The notes beneath the pieces were generated by a model. That model saw nothing but the letters and a program-made list of their open reading frames with translations. It did no database searches and was not told the origin of the DNA. A stretch of DNA of 63,443 nucleotides from Myxococcota bacterium (GTDB lineage: Bacteria; Myxococcota_A; UBA796): positions 1-63,443 of the forward strand of contig JAYZVA010000058.1 of assembly GCA_036156175.1 (NCBI GenBank). Direction: 5' to 3'. The first letter of the stretch is position 1; each line of letters opens with the position of its first letter. This document shows positions 50,442 through 60,776 of this stretch, in pieces. The position numbers and the translations under genes were made by a program.

Positions 50442-51981
50442 CCGTCTGCCGCGGTTCGATTGGGCCCTCGATTTCGATGCGATCCCCGCCCAATGCGACG
50501 CGAATGGCCGTCACTGCGGTGTCGCTGCCCAGGCCGAAGTGGAGCGGCACGCGCGCCGTGGATTGGTAGCCGCGACCCACGCGCGCCCAGTGGGTTTGAA
50601 TCCCGGAGTCCGATTCCACCTCAACCCGCGCGCCGATGGGGGCATCGACGCGAATCCAGTTGGCCGCGGTGCAGCCATCGGACAAAAAGACCAGCGTGCG
50701 GTCGGACACCTGCGTCACGATGAGGTCCTCGATTCCGTCCGCGTTCATGTCGGTGGCCACAACCGCCCGAAACGACCCCATGACATCGAGCCCAAGCGCG
50801 GGCGCGACGTCCTCAAACTGGCCATCGGAATGAACCATCACCCGCAGCGGCTCATCGAAGGCGGCCGGTCGGCCGTCCGGCAAGTCGGTCTGTCCGGGAT
50901 TGAATCGATCGCCCTGCGCCAGCAAGAGATCGGTCTGGCCATCGTTTTGGAGGTCGAAGAACACCGCCCCCCATCCGGCCGCCAGCGAAACGCCTTCGCG
51001 CACCCCACTGGCGTCGGATCGATCCACCCAGCCCGAATCGATCCGGCTGAACAACGTGTTGAGGGGCGCACCGGTGACGAACAGCTCGGGCCGACCATCG
51101 CCATCCAAATCGGCGATGTCCACCCCCTTGGCGCTGGCCGAAACCTCGCAGAAGCAGTCCCCGCCGCCGTCTACAAACCGGTCCCCTTCGTTGAGGAGCA
51201 GTGTGCTCGGACCCACCGTCGCCCCGTGGTCATGAACCACGTACAGGTCGATGTCGCCATCGTCATCCTCGTCGAAGCTGACCGCATCGAAGCCGTGACG
51301 CAACCCCACGGCTTCCGGGACCCAGTCGTCCATCACCACGGGTCCCGAGTCGGACAAGTCAACCATCCGGTCGTTGGTGACCACCCCTTGACCGAACGGC
51401 GAAGCCGTGCGCACCGCCAGCGCCTCCAAGCCGCCGTCGCCATCGAAGTCGGCCACCGCCCAATCGTGCACCACCGACGCGGATTCGCCGTCGTCGAGGG
51501 CGGGCAATGGCGTGAGCGATGGATTCAAGTCGTTGTCAAAGGACACCCACGACGGATTGGGTCCCGCCATCAACAGATCCAGTGCCCCGTTGCCGCTGAC
51601 GTCCACGAAGACCGGTGCGCGCCCCGGACCCAAGATGCCGAGGTAGTCCACGAACCCGCGCTCTTGGCCCCGATAGATGTGCGAACTTCCGTTGGTCATT
51701 CGCGCGACGATGAGGTCCAGCCAGCCGTCGCCGTTGGCGTCCGCCACGGCCAGGGAAGGGCCATCCTCGTGCCCGCCCGGCGCGGCGGGATCGAACCACT
51801 CGGTGTCGATGCCAAGCTCGAGCCCCTGTTCGCGGTAGCGCACCGAATCGCGGGGGTCGTCGCAAGCCATCACCGAGCCGAGTTCCACCCCAAAGGCCGG
51901 TGGCGGGGGAATCGCTTCGGGCTCGACATCGGCGTAGTCGGCCGGAATGCAGGCCATCCAGAACAGAAACAATGCGCCCAT
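50398..51981 (-). CDS. CRTAC1/ASPIC-UnbV family FG-GAP lipoprotein
   Basis: Lipobox-like WMAC; DxDGDG repeats; C-terminal IGARV...GYQS...LHFGLG. Confidence 0.88.
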   Translation of the reverse strand: MGALFLFWMACIPADYADVEPEAIPPPPAFGVELGSVMACDDPRDSVRYREQGLELGIDTEWFDPAAPGGHEDGPSLAVADANGDGWLDLIVARMTNGSSHIYRGQERGFVDYLGILGPGRAPVFVDVSGNGALDLLMAGPNPSWVSFDNDLNPSLTPLPALDDGESASVVHDWAVADFDGDGGLEALAVRTASPFGQGVVTNDRMVDLSDSGPVVMDDWVPEAVGLRHGFDAVSFDEDDDGDIDLYVVHDHGATVGPSTLLLNEGDRFVDGGGDCFCEVSASAKGVDIADLDGDGRPELFVTGAPLNTLFSRIDSGWVDRSDASGVREGVSLAAGWGAVFFDLQNDGQTDLLLAQGDRFNPGQTDLPDGRPAAFDEPLRVMVHSDGQFEDVAPALGLDVMGSFRAVVATDMNADGIEDLIVTQVSDRTLVFLSDGCTAANWIRVDAPIGARVEVESDSGIQTHWARVGRGYQSTARVPLHFGLGSDTAVTAIRVALGGDRIEIEGPIEPRQTVTVRGRAPLLSGRE

Positions 51982-52017
51982 GCCCTCAGCCTACATCAGC
52001 CGTGGGCGCGCGGGGCA

Positions 52018-53322
52018 CTAAACGAGTCCGTCGGTGTATCGAAGCTCGCCGTGAAGCACGGTGGCGACCACCTTGCCCTTGAACACATGGCCCAAGAATG
52101 CGCTGTTGGTGGACTTGCCGGCCATTGCGTCCTCGGTCACTGTCCACTCGCGGGCCGGGTCCACCACCGTGAGGTGCACTGGGGCATCGGCCCCGATCGT
52201 CCCCAACCGACCGGCCAAGCCAAGCAGTCGAGCGGGCCCCGATGTCATCAGTTCCACCGCCCGGGTGTCGCTGATGGTGCCGTCGTGAACAAACGACATC
52301 AGCGCAGCAAACGCGGTCTCCAGTCCGATGACACCAAACGGCGCATCGGCGAACCCCTTGGCTTTTTCATCGGCGGCATGGGGCGCGTGATCGGTGGCGA
52401 CGGCATCCACCGTTCCGTCCGCAAGCGCGTCCACCAGCACCCGGCGGTCGTATTCCGAGCGCAAGGGTGGGTTCATTTTTGTGTTCGGATCGCCCGATGC
52501 GCACGCGTCGTACGTCAAGAGCAGGTGATGCGGACTCACCTCGCAGGTCACCGGAAGTCCCTCGGCCTTCGCCGCGCGAATGGCCGCCATCGACCGAGCC
52601 GTCGAGGTGTGGAGCACATGGTAGCGCGCCCCGGTCTCGCGGGTCAGCTCGATGTCCCGCTCGACGATGACGCCCTCTGCATCGCTGGACTGGCCGCGAA
52701 CGCCCAGCGCGACGCTCACCGGAGAGTCTGTCATGGGCGCGTGCTGCGTCATGCGGATGTCTTCGGCGTGTTGCATGAAGAGCAGGTCGTGCTCCGCACA
52801 CTGCTGCAGGCTGCCCCGCATCACGTCGTCGTCGAGCACAGGAAAGCCGTCGTCGGTGATCGCGACGGCACCGGCTGCCTTGAGGGACCCGTGGTCGGTG
52901 AGTTCTTTGCCGTCGAGGTTCTTGGTCGATGCCGCCGCAACCAGCAGGTCGATCCCGCGGACCCGACGGGACTCCTCGGCCTCGAAGGCGACCTGGTCGG
53001 GCGTGTCGAGCCGCGGCTGGGTGTTGGGCATGACCACTGCCGTGCAGATGCCGCCCGCCAGCGCCGCGGCCGACCCGCTTTCGATGGTTTCTTTGTACTC
53101 GAAACCGGGTTGGCGAAAGTGCACTTGAATGTCGACCAGACCGGGCATGGCCCACAGTCCCGTGCCGTCCACATGGGTGGCGTTGCTGGGCACCGAGGCC
53201 GGGTTTTGTTCCACACCATCGGGGGTCACCAGCAAATCGGTGACCGCATCAATGCCGGCTTCTGGATCGATCAACCGAACGCCCTTGAAAAACGAGGGGG
53301 TCGGTCCACTGGTGCTGCTCAT
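52018..53322 (-). CDS. pyrC: Dihydroorotase (long, multifunctional-complex type)
   Basis: PGLVDIQVHFRQPG, MPNTQP, TDDG, HAED, CEVSPHHL, KMNPPLR, ATDHAPH, APFGVIGLET. Confidence 0.9.
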   Translation of the reverse strand: MSSTSGPTPSFFKGVRLIDPEAGIDAVTDLLVTPDGVEQNPASVPSNATHVDGTGLWAMPGLVDIQVHFRQPGFEYKETIESGSAAALAGGICTAVVMPNTQPRLDTPDQVAFEAEESRRVRGIDLLVAAASTKNLDGKELTDHGSLKAAGAVAITDDGFPVLDDDVMRGSLQQCAEHDLLFMQHAEDIRMTQHAPMTDSPVSVALGVRGQSSDAEGVIVERDIELTRETGARYHVLHTSTARSMAAIRAAKAEGLPVTCEVSPHHLLLTYDACASGDPNTKMNPPLRSEYDRRVLVDALADGTVDAVATDHAPHAADEKAKGFADAPFGVIGLETAFAALMSFVHDGTISDTRAVELMTSGPARLLGLAGRLGTIGADAPVHLTVVDPAREWTVTEDAMAGKSTNSAFLGHVFKGKVVATVLHGELRYTDGLV

Positions 53323-53500
53323 TGCCCTGTCTCCTCCGCGCATGACGCGCGCGAATGCTGCCTTCCGTGGGCCGAACCTAACGCGCGACGCTGCGGACTG
53401 CCTGCGGGGAACGTCGGCGGGCGCCGGACGAACGCAATGCCTTGCCGCGCCGACTGCACCGCGGTTACCCGATCCCCAGCAATCCTGCATCGGAGGGCCC

Positions 53501-55918
53501 ATGATTCTCGTCTTGACCGTGAGCGCATTCGCCGCCGGGCCGGGGTACCAACACCCCCCCGATGCCATCGGGGCCATCCTCGATGCGAGCAGCCCACCCG
53601 CGGTGTCGGTGTCCCCGGACCGAACGTGGATGTTGGAACTCGAGCGTCCCAATCTCCGTCCCTTGGCCGAGCTGGCGGAGCCCTCGGTGAAGGTGGCCGG
53701 CATTCAGATCAACCCCGAGACCAATGGACCCGCCCGCGAGTACGCCTACCGCGGCATCGAGCTGCGCGACATGGCATCGGCCAAGCGGGCCCAGCGCGTC
53801 CGGATCGACCTGCCCGAGGGTGCACGCGTCCGAAACGTCGACTGGAACGACGAGGGCACCGCGTTCAGCTTCACCCTGACGCAGGACAACGGCATCGAGT
53901 TGTGGCACGCAGAGGTGCCCTCAGGAGCAGTCAAGCGATTGACCGGCCCCGTACTGAACGCCGCCTACGGTTCGCCTTGCGACTGGCTCCCGAACGACCG
54001 CGGGTTGATCTGCAAGCGGGTTCCTGCCGACCGGGGCACTGCACCCGAAGAGAGTCGGGTTCCCTCGGGACCCATCATCGACGAGAACTTGGGGCGAAAA
54101 GCACCGGCCCGCACCTACAGCAATCTGCTCAAGAATCCCCACGATGAGGCCCTCTTCGAGCACTACCTGCAGAGCGAACTGGTGCACGTTGGCCTGGACG
54201 GCCGCATCGAGCTGCTGCGATCGGCCGACATTGTGGATGAAGCCACGCCCTCCCCGGACGGCGAGTGGCTCTTGGTCGAGACCTTGCACCGCCCGTGGAG
54301 CTACCACGTCTCCGCAAGCCGCTTTCCCAAGACCATCTCCGTCTCTCGCATCGCAGACCCGAGCCAAGTCATCCCCATCGAGGATCTCTCGCTGGCCGAC
54401 GACATTCCCATTGCGCGCGGATCGGTGCGGGTCGGAAAGCGCTCGGTGTCCTGGCGAGCCGATCAACCGGCCACCCTGTACGCCATTGAAGCACTCGACG
54501 GCGGAGACGCGGCCGCCGAAGCGCCCAAGCGGGACCGGGTGAGCTTGCTGGCGGCACCGTTTGATGGGGCGTTTGCCCCGCTGTGGGAGTCCGAGCTTCG
54601 CATGAGCAGCGTGATGTGGGGGAGCAGCGACCTGGCAATGGCCTGGACCTGGCGATGGAACGATCGACTGCTCCGGACGTGGCGGCTGGACCCCAGCGGG
54701 TCTCGGGACCCGACCTTGATGCACGCCCGCTCGTTCCAAGACAACTACGCCGATCCGGGCACTCCGTTGACCCGTCCCGGACCCCATGGCTGGGGCGTGA
54801 TTCACCAAGTGGATGGCGGCATCTTGATGTCGGGCCGCGGGATTCGACCCGATGGCGTCCGCCCATTCTTGGATTTGATGGACCTCGAGACCGGCGAGAC
54901 GCGCACCCTGTGGAAGGCCGGCGATGACCACCACGAAACGCTGACAGCGGTCATCAATGGCGAGGCCACCGAGTTCATCACCCGACGCCAGAGCCCCGAT
55001 GAGCCCCCCAACTACCACCGCCGGACCGCCGGATCGCAGCGAACGGTGAAGCTGACCGACTTCAAAGACTGGGCGCCCCAGTTCGCTTCGGTCAACAAAG
55101 AAGTGGTCACCTACACCCGCGCCGACGGCGTCGAACTCCAAGCGCGGGTGTACACGCCGCCGGGATGGCGTCCATCGAAAGGCCCGCTCCCGACCGTATT
55201 CTGGGCGTACCCCAACGAGTTCAAATCAAAGAAAGACGCGGGCCAGAAGACCAAGTCGGAGAACCTGTTCAGTCGACCCTCCACCCACAGCCCGTTGTGG
55301 TTTTGCCTGCAAGGGTACGCGGTGGTCGACGATCCGACGCTGCCGATCGTCGGCGAGGGCGACACCGAGCCCAACGACAACTTCGTGGAGCAGTTGGTGT
55401 CGGGGGCGGAGGCCGCTGTGAAGATGGCCGTGGAACGGGGGGTGGCGGACCCGAATCGCTTGCTCATCGGGGGGCACAGTTATGGCGCGTTCATGACGGC
55501 CAACCTGCTGGCCCACACCGATCTCTTTCGCGCCGGAATCGCCCGCTCGGGCGCGTACAACCGCAGCTTGACGCCGTTTGGCTTCCAGTCGGAGCAGCGC
55601 ACGTACTGGGACGCGCTCGACACCTACATCGAAATGTCGCCCTTCACCCACGCCAATCGCATCGATGAGCCGATTCTGCTGATTCACGGCGCCGTCGATC
55701 CCAACCCGGGGACCTACCCGGTCCAATCCGAGCGGCTGTTCGAGGCCATCAAGGGCAATGGGGGAACCGTGCGGTGGGTGGTGCTGCCGTTGGAAGAGCA
55801 CGGCTACCGAGCTCGGGAATCCATCGGCCACATGCTGTGGGAACAGTTTCAGTGGGCCGACACCTACGTGCGAAATGCCGGTGACCGCCCAGTCCCATCC
55901 ACCGCCGACGCCCCATGA
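53501..55918 (+). CDS. S9 prolyl-oligopeptidase-family peptidase (glutamyl endopeptidase-like)
   Basis: GGAGG RBS; WAYPNEF, GGHSYGAFMTANLL, SGAYNRSLTPFGFQ, LIHGAVD, EEHGY. Confidence 0.92.
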   Translation: MILVLTVSAFAAGPGYQHPPDAIGAILDASSPPAVSVSPDRTWMLELERPNLRPLAELAEPSVKVAGIQINPETNGPAREYAYRGIELRDMASAKRAQRVRIDLPEGARVRNVDWNDEGTAFSFTLTQDNGIELWHAEVPSGAVKRLTGPVLNAAYGSPCDWLPNDRGLICKRVPADRGTAPEESRVPSGPIIDENLGRKAPARTYSNLLKNPHDEALFEHYLQSELVHVGLDGRIELLRSADIVDEATPSPDGEWLLVETLHRPWSYHVSASRFPKTISVSRIADPSQVIPIEDLSLADDIPIARGSVRVGKRSVSWRADQPATLYAIEALDGGDAAAEAPKRDRVSLLAAPFDGAFAPLWESELRMSSVMWGSSDLAMAWTWRWNDRLLRTWRLDPSGSRDPTLMHARSFQDNYADPGTPLTRPGPHGWGVIHQVDGGILMSGRGIRPDGVRPFLDLMDLETGETRTLWKAGDDHHETLTAVINGEATEFITRRQSPDEPPNYHRRTAGSQRTVKLTDFKDWAPQFASVNKEVVTYTRADGVELQARVYTPPGWRPSKGPLPTVFWAYPNEFKSKKDAGQKTKSENLFSRPSTHSPLWFCLQGYAVVDDPTLPIVGEGDTEPNDNFVEQLVSGAEAAVKMAVERGVADPNRLLIGGHSYGAFMTANLLAHTDLFRAGIARSGAYNRSLTPFGFQSEQRTYWDALDTYIEMSPFTHANRIDEPILLIHGAVDPNPGTYPVQSERLFEAIKGNGGTVRWVVLPLEEHGYRARESIGHMLWEQFQWADTYVRNAGDRPVPSTADAP

Positions 55919-55932
55919 CGCACCCCGGACCG

Positions 55933-55965
55933 CAGCCCGCGCGAATCAACGGTCCGCGCGGGCTG
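55933..55965. terminator. GC-rich hairpin between the convergent S9 peptidase and tRNA-Pro
   Basis: 11-bp perfect stem CAGCCCGCGCG / CGCGCGGGCTG with an 11-nt loop; no U-tract. Confidence 0.5.
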
Positions 55966-55975
55966 GGCGGGTGAA

Positions 55976-56055
<80 letters not shown>

Positions 56056-56088
56056 TCGTCGTTCGATTATTTTCCCGGACGCCGGGCG

Positions 56089-56730
56089 TCAAGCTTGCTG
56101 GAGCGCCCGGATCGCCGCCGTCCGATCCTCGGCATTGAACACGCCCGAACCGCTCACCAAGACGTGCGCACCGGCGGACGTGAACTCGGCGGCGTTGTGA
56201 ACCTTGACGCCACCGTCGACCTGAATGAGCGTGTCCAACCCCAGGGCGTCGATGCGGGAGCGGATGCGCTCGATTTTTGGGAAGACCCGCTGGATCAGCG
56301 ACTGACCACCGAATCCGGGATTGACGCTCATGACCAACACCAAGTCCAACTCCTCGAGCACGTAATCGAGCACCGACTCGGGGGTGTGGGGGTTGAGGGC
56401 CACACCGGCCTTGGCACCGGTCTGCTTGATCGCTTGGATTGAGCGGTCGAGGTGGCGGCTGGCTTCGGCGTGCACGCTGATCAAATCGGCGCCCGCCGCG
56501 GCAAAGTCGGCCACGTAGTTGTCCGGGTCCTCGATCATGAGGTGGCAGTCCATGAGCTTGTCGGTGTGCGGCCGAATGGCCTTCACCACCAGGGGCCCAA
56601 TGGTGATGTTGGGCACAAAGCGCCCGTCCATCACGTCCACGTGAATCCACTCGGCAGCGCGAACGCTGTCGATCTCTTCGCCGAGCCGAGAAAAGTCGGC
56701 ACTCAGGATGGACGGAGCGACAATGGCCAT
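56089..56730 (-). CDS. rpe: Ribulose-phosphate 3-epimerase
   Basis: APSILSADF, HVDVMDGRFVPN, MSVNPGFGGQ, VDGG. Confidence 0.97.
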   Translation of the reverse strand: MAIVAPSILSADFSRLGEEIDSVRAAEWIHVDVMDGRFVPNITIGPLVVKAIRPHTDKLMDCHLMIEDPDNYVADFAAAGADLISVHAEASRHLDRSIQAIKQTGAKAGVALNPHTPESVLDYVLEELDLVLVMSVNPGFGGQSLIQRVFPKIERIRSRIDALGLDTLIQVDGGVKVHNAAEFTSAGAHVLVSGSGVFNAEDRTAAIRALQQA

Positions 56731-57654
56731 TCAGGTCTCCTCGCCGAGCAGTGCACCGGCAGCGATGCGTCCCCCATTAACCACATCGCGGCCGGACTGA
56801 GCGCGTTTCCCGGGCAACTGGATCGTGACCAACTCCACCGCCCCGTCACCGGTTGCCACGCACAACCGCTTGCCGGCTTCAATGACGCAGCCCGGGGTGC
56901 CCGTTCCATCCACCCGGCGGGTCTCGTGCACCTTCAATCGCTGGCCGCCCAGCGTGGTCCAGGCGGACGGCCATGGGTTGAACCCTCGGACGAGGTTGTG
57001 AATCGTCTGCGCGTCCGCAGACCAGTCGATCCGGGCCATGGCGCGATCGATCAGGGGCGCAAGGGTGTGAGCGGCATGATCCTGCGGGGAGGGCTCGATT
57101 GCATCCAACTCCGCCAAGGTCTGGACAGCGAGCCGGGCGCCCATCACCGACAGCCGATCGTGGACAGAGCCGGCGGTTTCGTTGGGCCCGATCGGCGTCC
57201 GGTCCACCAGCAATACGTCCCCGGTATCCAACCCCTCCGCCATGTTCATGGTGCACACGCCGGTCTCGGATTCGCCCCGCACAATGGCCCAGTTCAGCGG
57301 GGCGGCACCCCGGTACTTCGGCAGGATGCTGGCGTGCACATTGATGCACCCGTGGGTGGGGGCATTCAGGAGTGCGGGAATCAAGATGCGCCCGTAGGCC
57401 ACCACCACCGCGACGTCTGCATTGCAGCCCGTCATCCATTCCACAAAGGGACCGCGGCGCACCGCCTTCGGCTGCCGAGTGGGCAACCCCAGCTCGCGGG
57501 CGCGCTCGATGGTGGGCGGACTCACCATGCGTTGACCCCGGCCCTTGGGACGGTCGGGTTGCGCAACCACGCACAGGATCTCGTGGCCCGCCTCGACCAG
57601 GGCGTTCAACGTGGGCACCGCAAACTCGGGCGTTCCCATGAAAACGACGCGCAT
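56731..57654 (-). CDS. fmt: Methionyl-tRNA formyltransferase
   Basis: FMGTPEFA, QPDRPKGRG, NVHASILPKYRGAAP, GLDTGD. Confidence 0.97.
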   Translation of the reverse strand: MRVVFMGTPEFAVPTLNALVEAGHEILCVVAQPDRPKGRGQRMVSPPTIERARELGLPTRQPKAVRRGPFVEWMTGCNADVAVVVAYGRILIPALLNAPTHGCINVHASILPKYRGAAPLNWAIVRGESETGVCTMNMAEGLDTGDVLLVDRTPIGPNETAGSVHDRLSVMGARLAVQTLAELDAIEPSPQDHAAHTLAPLIDRAMARIDWSADAQTIHNLVRGFNPWPSAWTTLGGQRLKVHETRRVDGTGTPGCVIEAGKRLCVATGDGAVELVTIQLPGKRAQSGRDVVNGGRIAAGALLGEET

Positions 57655-57656
57655 GA

Positions 57657-58184
57657 CTACCCTTGACTGCGCAGCGCTTTCTTTCGGCGCGCCAAGTATC
57701 GGCTGCGTTTCATGCGGCTCGAGTGATGGAGCAGCGTGATGCCCTCCAGGTGATCCATCTCGTGTTGGACCACCACCGCTGGAAACTCCTCGAACCAGCC
57801 CCGCTGGACATCCCCGGCCACGTCTTGCCACTGCACGTGGATGCGGTGGGCCCGGTCCACCATCAGGTCGTATTCGGGGATGCTCAGGCAAGACTCATCC
57901 CAACGGATCCGCTCGTCGCTCTGCTCGACGATCACCGGATTGATCATCGCGATCCACTCGTCGCGATCGTCTTCATCGATGTCGCCTTTGAGGTTCGCCA
58001 CCAAGATGCGGCGACTGTCCCCAACCTGTGGGGCCGCCAAACCCACGCCGGGAGCGGCGTACATGGTCTCCGCCATGTTGGAAACAAACGCCTCCAAATC
58101 GGCGTTGAACTCATCCTCCGTGACCGCACGGGCCCGCTTGGCGAGCACAGGATGGGGCTCGGTCAAGATGGGAAGAATTGCCAA
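57657..58184 (-). CDS. def: Peptide deformylase
   Basis: GVGLAAPQ, ESCLS, QHEMDHLEG; GGAGG RBS before TTG. Confidence 0.96.
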   Translation of the reverse strand: MAILPILTEPHPVLAKRARAVTEDEFNADLEAFVSNMAETMYAAPGVGLAAPQVGDSRRILVANLKGDIDEDDRDEWIAMINPVIVEQSDERIRWDESCLSIPEYDLMVDRAHRIHVQWQDVAGDVQRGWFEEFPAVVVQHEMDHLEGITLLHHSSRMKRSRYLARRKKALRSQG

Positions 58185-58246
58185 GACTCACCTCCGGATG
58201 GAATACATACCTCGTCTTGGGATATGACACACGGGAGGGGGTACTC

Positions 58247-59503
58247 ATGGCTTTTGGAAAAATACCGCGGTTTTCGCCATCGTTTTCGCCATCGGAAGCA
58301 TGGATTTGCACCAAACACCTGCTGGGAATGGCCGGTGATGAGGACTTGGTCACCGAGTTCGAGCAGTCGTTTGCACGCTTCATCGGCGCGAAACACGGGG
58401 TCATGGTTCCGTCTGCGCGGTACGGGCTGTACCTGATCCTCGAGGGACTCGGAATCGGCGAAGGCGACGAAGTGATCGTTCCGGGGATCACGTACTTCGC
58501 CATCCCCGCCATGATCGAGCTGATTGGCGCCAAGCCGGTCTTCGCCGACATCGGCCTCAACACCCACGTGATCGACGTGGACGAGTTCGAAGCCGCGATC
58601 ACCGAGAACACCAAGGCGGTGATTCCCACGCACCTGTTCGGCACCCCGTGCGACATGGATGCCATCAACGCCATCGCGAAGAAGCACAACATTGAGGTCA
58701 TCGAGGACTGCGCGCAGTCCACGGGGGCCCGCTACAAGGGGCGGCGAGTGGGCGCGATCGGGGACCATGCGTACTACACCTTCGGCCTCACGAAGAACAT
58801 CACCACGCTCTCCGGCGCCATGGTCACCACCGACAACGACGAGGTCGCGGCGCACCTCCGACGCACCATCGACAAGAGCGGACCCGCCAGCATCAAGAAG
58901 GCAGCAAAAGAAGCGGCCACCGGCGCCGCCATGTTTCTGGCCACTCACCCATTGATTTATTGGTGGACGGTCCACCCGGCGATCGTCATGGGCAACGCCT
59001 TGGGCAAAGACCCCATCCACGAGCGCTTTGGCGAAGAGGAGCGCACCTACACGGAGGTGCCATCGTCCTACGTCGACAGCGCGCAGGCGCGGAACATCCA
59101 AGCCGCGGTCGGCCTGAAGCAATTGCAGCGAATCGAAGCGCTGAACGGTTCCCGTATGCGGAACGGCCGGGCCCTCGACCAAGGCCTCGCCCACGTCAAC
59201 GGTCTGGACGTCCCCGCCTACCCGGATGGCGCAGAGCCCATCTACATGAGCTTCGTGGTGCACCACCCCAACCGAGACGCATTGATGGCCGAGCTGCGGA
59301 CCCACGGCGTGGACACCACCACCGGGTACATGAGCGACCTGAGCGACCATCCGTTGTTTGCCGAGCACAAGCGACCGTGCCCCAACGCCACCAAGGCGAT
59401 GCGCGAACTGCTGCACATTCCAGTGCACCCCAACCTGACCCAAAAGCAGGTTCGGCACCTGATCGAGTCGGTTCGCTCCGCAACCATGGCCACTTTGGGG
59501 TAG
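58247..59503 (+). CDS. DegT/DnrJ/EryC1/StrS family PLP-dependent aminotransferase
   Basis: GDEVIVP, GAKPVFAD, THLFG, IEDCAQS, FGLTKN (PLP Lys), IPVHPNL. Confidence 0.92.
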   Translation: MAFGKIPRFSPSFSPSEAWICTKHLLGMAGDEDLVTEFEQSFARFIGAKHGVMVPSARYGLYLILEGLGIGEGDEVIVPGITYFAIPAMIELIGAKPVFADIGLNTHVIDVDEFEAAITENTKAVIPTHLFGTPCDMDAINAIAKKHNIEVIEDCAQSTGARYKGRRVGAIGDHAYYTFGLTKNITTLSGAMVTTDNDEVAAHLRRTIDKSGPASIKKAAKEAATGAAMFLATHPLIYWWTVHPAIVMGNALGKDPIHERFGEEERTYTEVPSSYVDSAQARNIQAAVGLKQLQRIEALNGSRMRNGRALDQGLAHVNGLDVPAYPDGAEPIYMSFVVHHPNRDALMAELRTHGVDTTTGYMSDLSDHPLFAEHKRPCPNATKAMRELLHIPVHPNLTQKQVRHLIESVRSATMATLG

Positions 59504-59513
59504 ACTCCGGGTT

Positions 59514-60704
59514 GTGAACCTTCGTTTCTCTGCCGAAAACTACAAACGCATCGCGCTCGGGGCTCTGACGCGAAAGGTGCCGGTGTATGCCCATTTCGGC
59601 ATCACCCATCGGTGCAACCTGACCTGCAAGATGTGCGGGATTTGGCGGTATGGAAACAAGAAAGAAGAGCTCTCCATCGATGAGATCGGGCGGATCGCGG
59701 CACGCATGCGCCGACTGGGCGTGGTCCAATGCTCGATTGGGGGCGGCGAGCCGTTCGCGCACGATGAGGTCGAGGAAGCCGCCAAGCAGTTTGTCGACCA
59801 AGGCATCAACACCCGGTTGCTGACGAACGGGATTGGCGTGGGCAAGGACCGACTCGACAAGGCCATGGACTACGGGGTCAAGAACTTCTCCATCTCGCTC
59901 GACTCGCTCTACCCAGAGCGCTTCGACTACATCTGCGAGAAGGAGGGGTCGTGGGACGAAGCGGTGACATCGATCACCCACATCGGCCAGCGCCTCGCTG
60001 GGGTGGCGGGCGCCATGCCCACCATCAACTGCGTCGTGAGCAACCTCAACCTCGAAGAGTTGCCCGACATGGTGCGCTTTGCCAAGGACGTCGGGTTCGC
60101 GATCAGCTTTCTGCCCATCGAGCTGCTCGAGAACAAAACCGACGGCGTGCGAAACTGGGAAGCCCGCTTCATCCGGTACCGCCCCGAAATGGGCTTGCAC
60201 ACCAACGACTCCGCCAAAGCCATCCACGACCGGGTCGACCGCGCCTACGAGCAACTCATCCAGATGAAGCAAGACGGATGGCCGATTCTGAACTCGAGTC
60301 CGTATCTGAAATCCAGCCAGCAGTACCTCAAGACCGGCCGCTTTCCCCAAGAGGGATGCGACGCCGGACGGCTGTACTTTTCGATTGCGCCGAACGGTCA
60401 GTTCACCATCTGCCACCGCACCGTCCAACAACACATTCATTTCCTGGACGACGGCTTCGAAGATTACTTCCATTCGGCCGTCTACGAGCGGGCCCGGATG
60501 CTTGAGGCCGGCAGCTGCGAGGGCTGCATGCGCGCCTGCTGGATCGACACCTCGCACATGTTTCGGACCCTCGCGGGATTCGTGGAGACCGCCAAGCTCA
60601 CCCTGAGCTCGCGGCCCAGCGAAGTCGCCGACATCCAACAAGCCATGTCCTGGGCGCGCCGCGACGGCGCCCCCATCGTGCCCGAGGCCGTCACCGCGAA
60701 GTGA
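59514..60704 (+). CDS. Radical SAM protein with SPASM/twitch-like C-terminal cysteines
   Basis: CNLTCKMC, GGGEP, TNG, SISLDS; CDAG...NGQFTIC; CEGCMRAC. Confidence 0.9.
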   Translation: MNLRFSAENYKRIALGALTRKVPVYAHFGITHRCNLTCKMCGIWRYGNKKEELSIDEIGRIAARMRRLGVVQCSIGGGEPFAHDEVEEAAKQFVDQGINTRLLTNGIGVGKDRLDKAMDYGVKNFSISLDSLYPERFDYICEKEGSWDEAVTSITHIGQRLAGVAGAMPTINCVVSNLNLEELPDMVRFAKDVGFAISFLPIELLENKTDGVRNWEARFIRYRPEMGLHTNDSAKAIHDRVDRAYEQLIQMKQDGWPILNSSPYLKSSQQYLKTGRFPQEGCDAGRLYFSIAPNGQFTICHRTVQQHIHFLDDGFEDYFHSAVYERARMLEAGSCEGCMRACWIDTSHMFRTLAGFVETAKLTLSSRPSEVADIQQAMSWARRDGAPIVPEAVTAK

Positions 60705-60776
60705 ATGGCGGGGTGCACAGACCCCGCGGAGACGCTACGCTCAGATACACTTGACGAGCCAAGGGAACTTCGCACC

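Noticed and set aside
50539..54147. 1202-aa plus-strand ORF, and similar long ORFs such as 1726-3663, 15126-17090, 22252-24033, 32848-34899 and 61490-63340
   Set aside because: Antisense shadows of well-supported genes, caused by GC-rich codon bias; no recognisable motifs.
58267..58294. Short direct repeat TTTTCGCCATCG x2
   Set aside because: Lies inside the aminotransferase coding sequence (FSPSFSPS); no evidence of an independent function.
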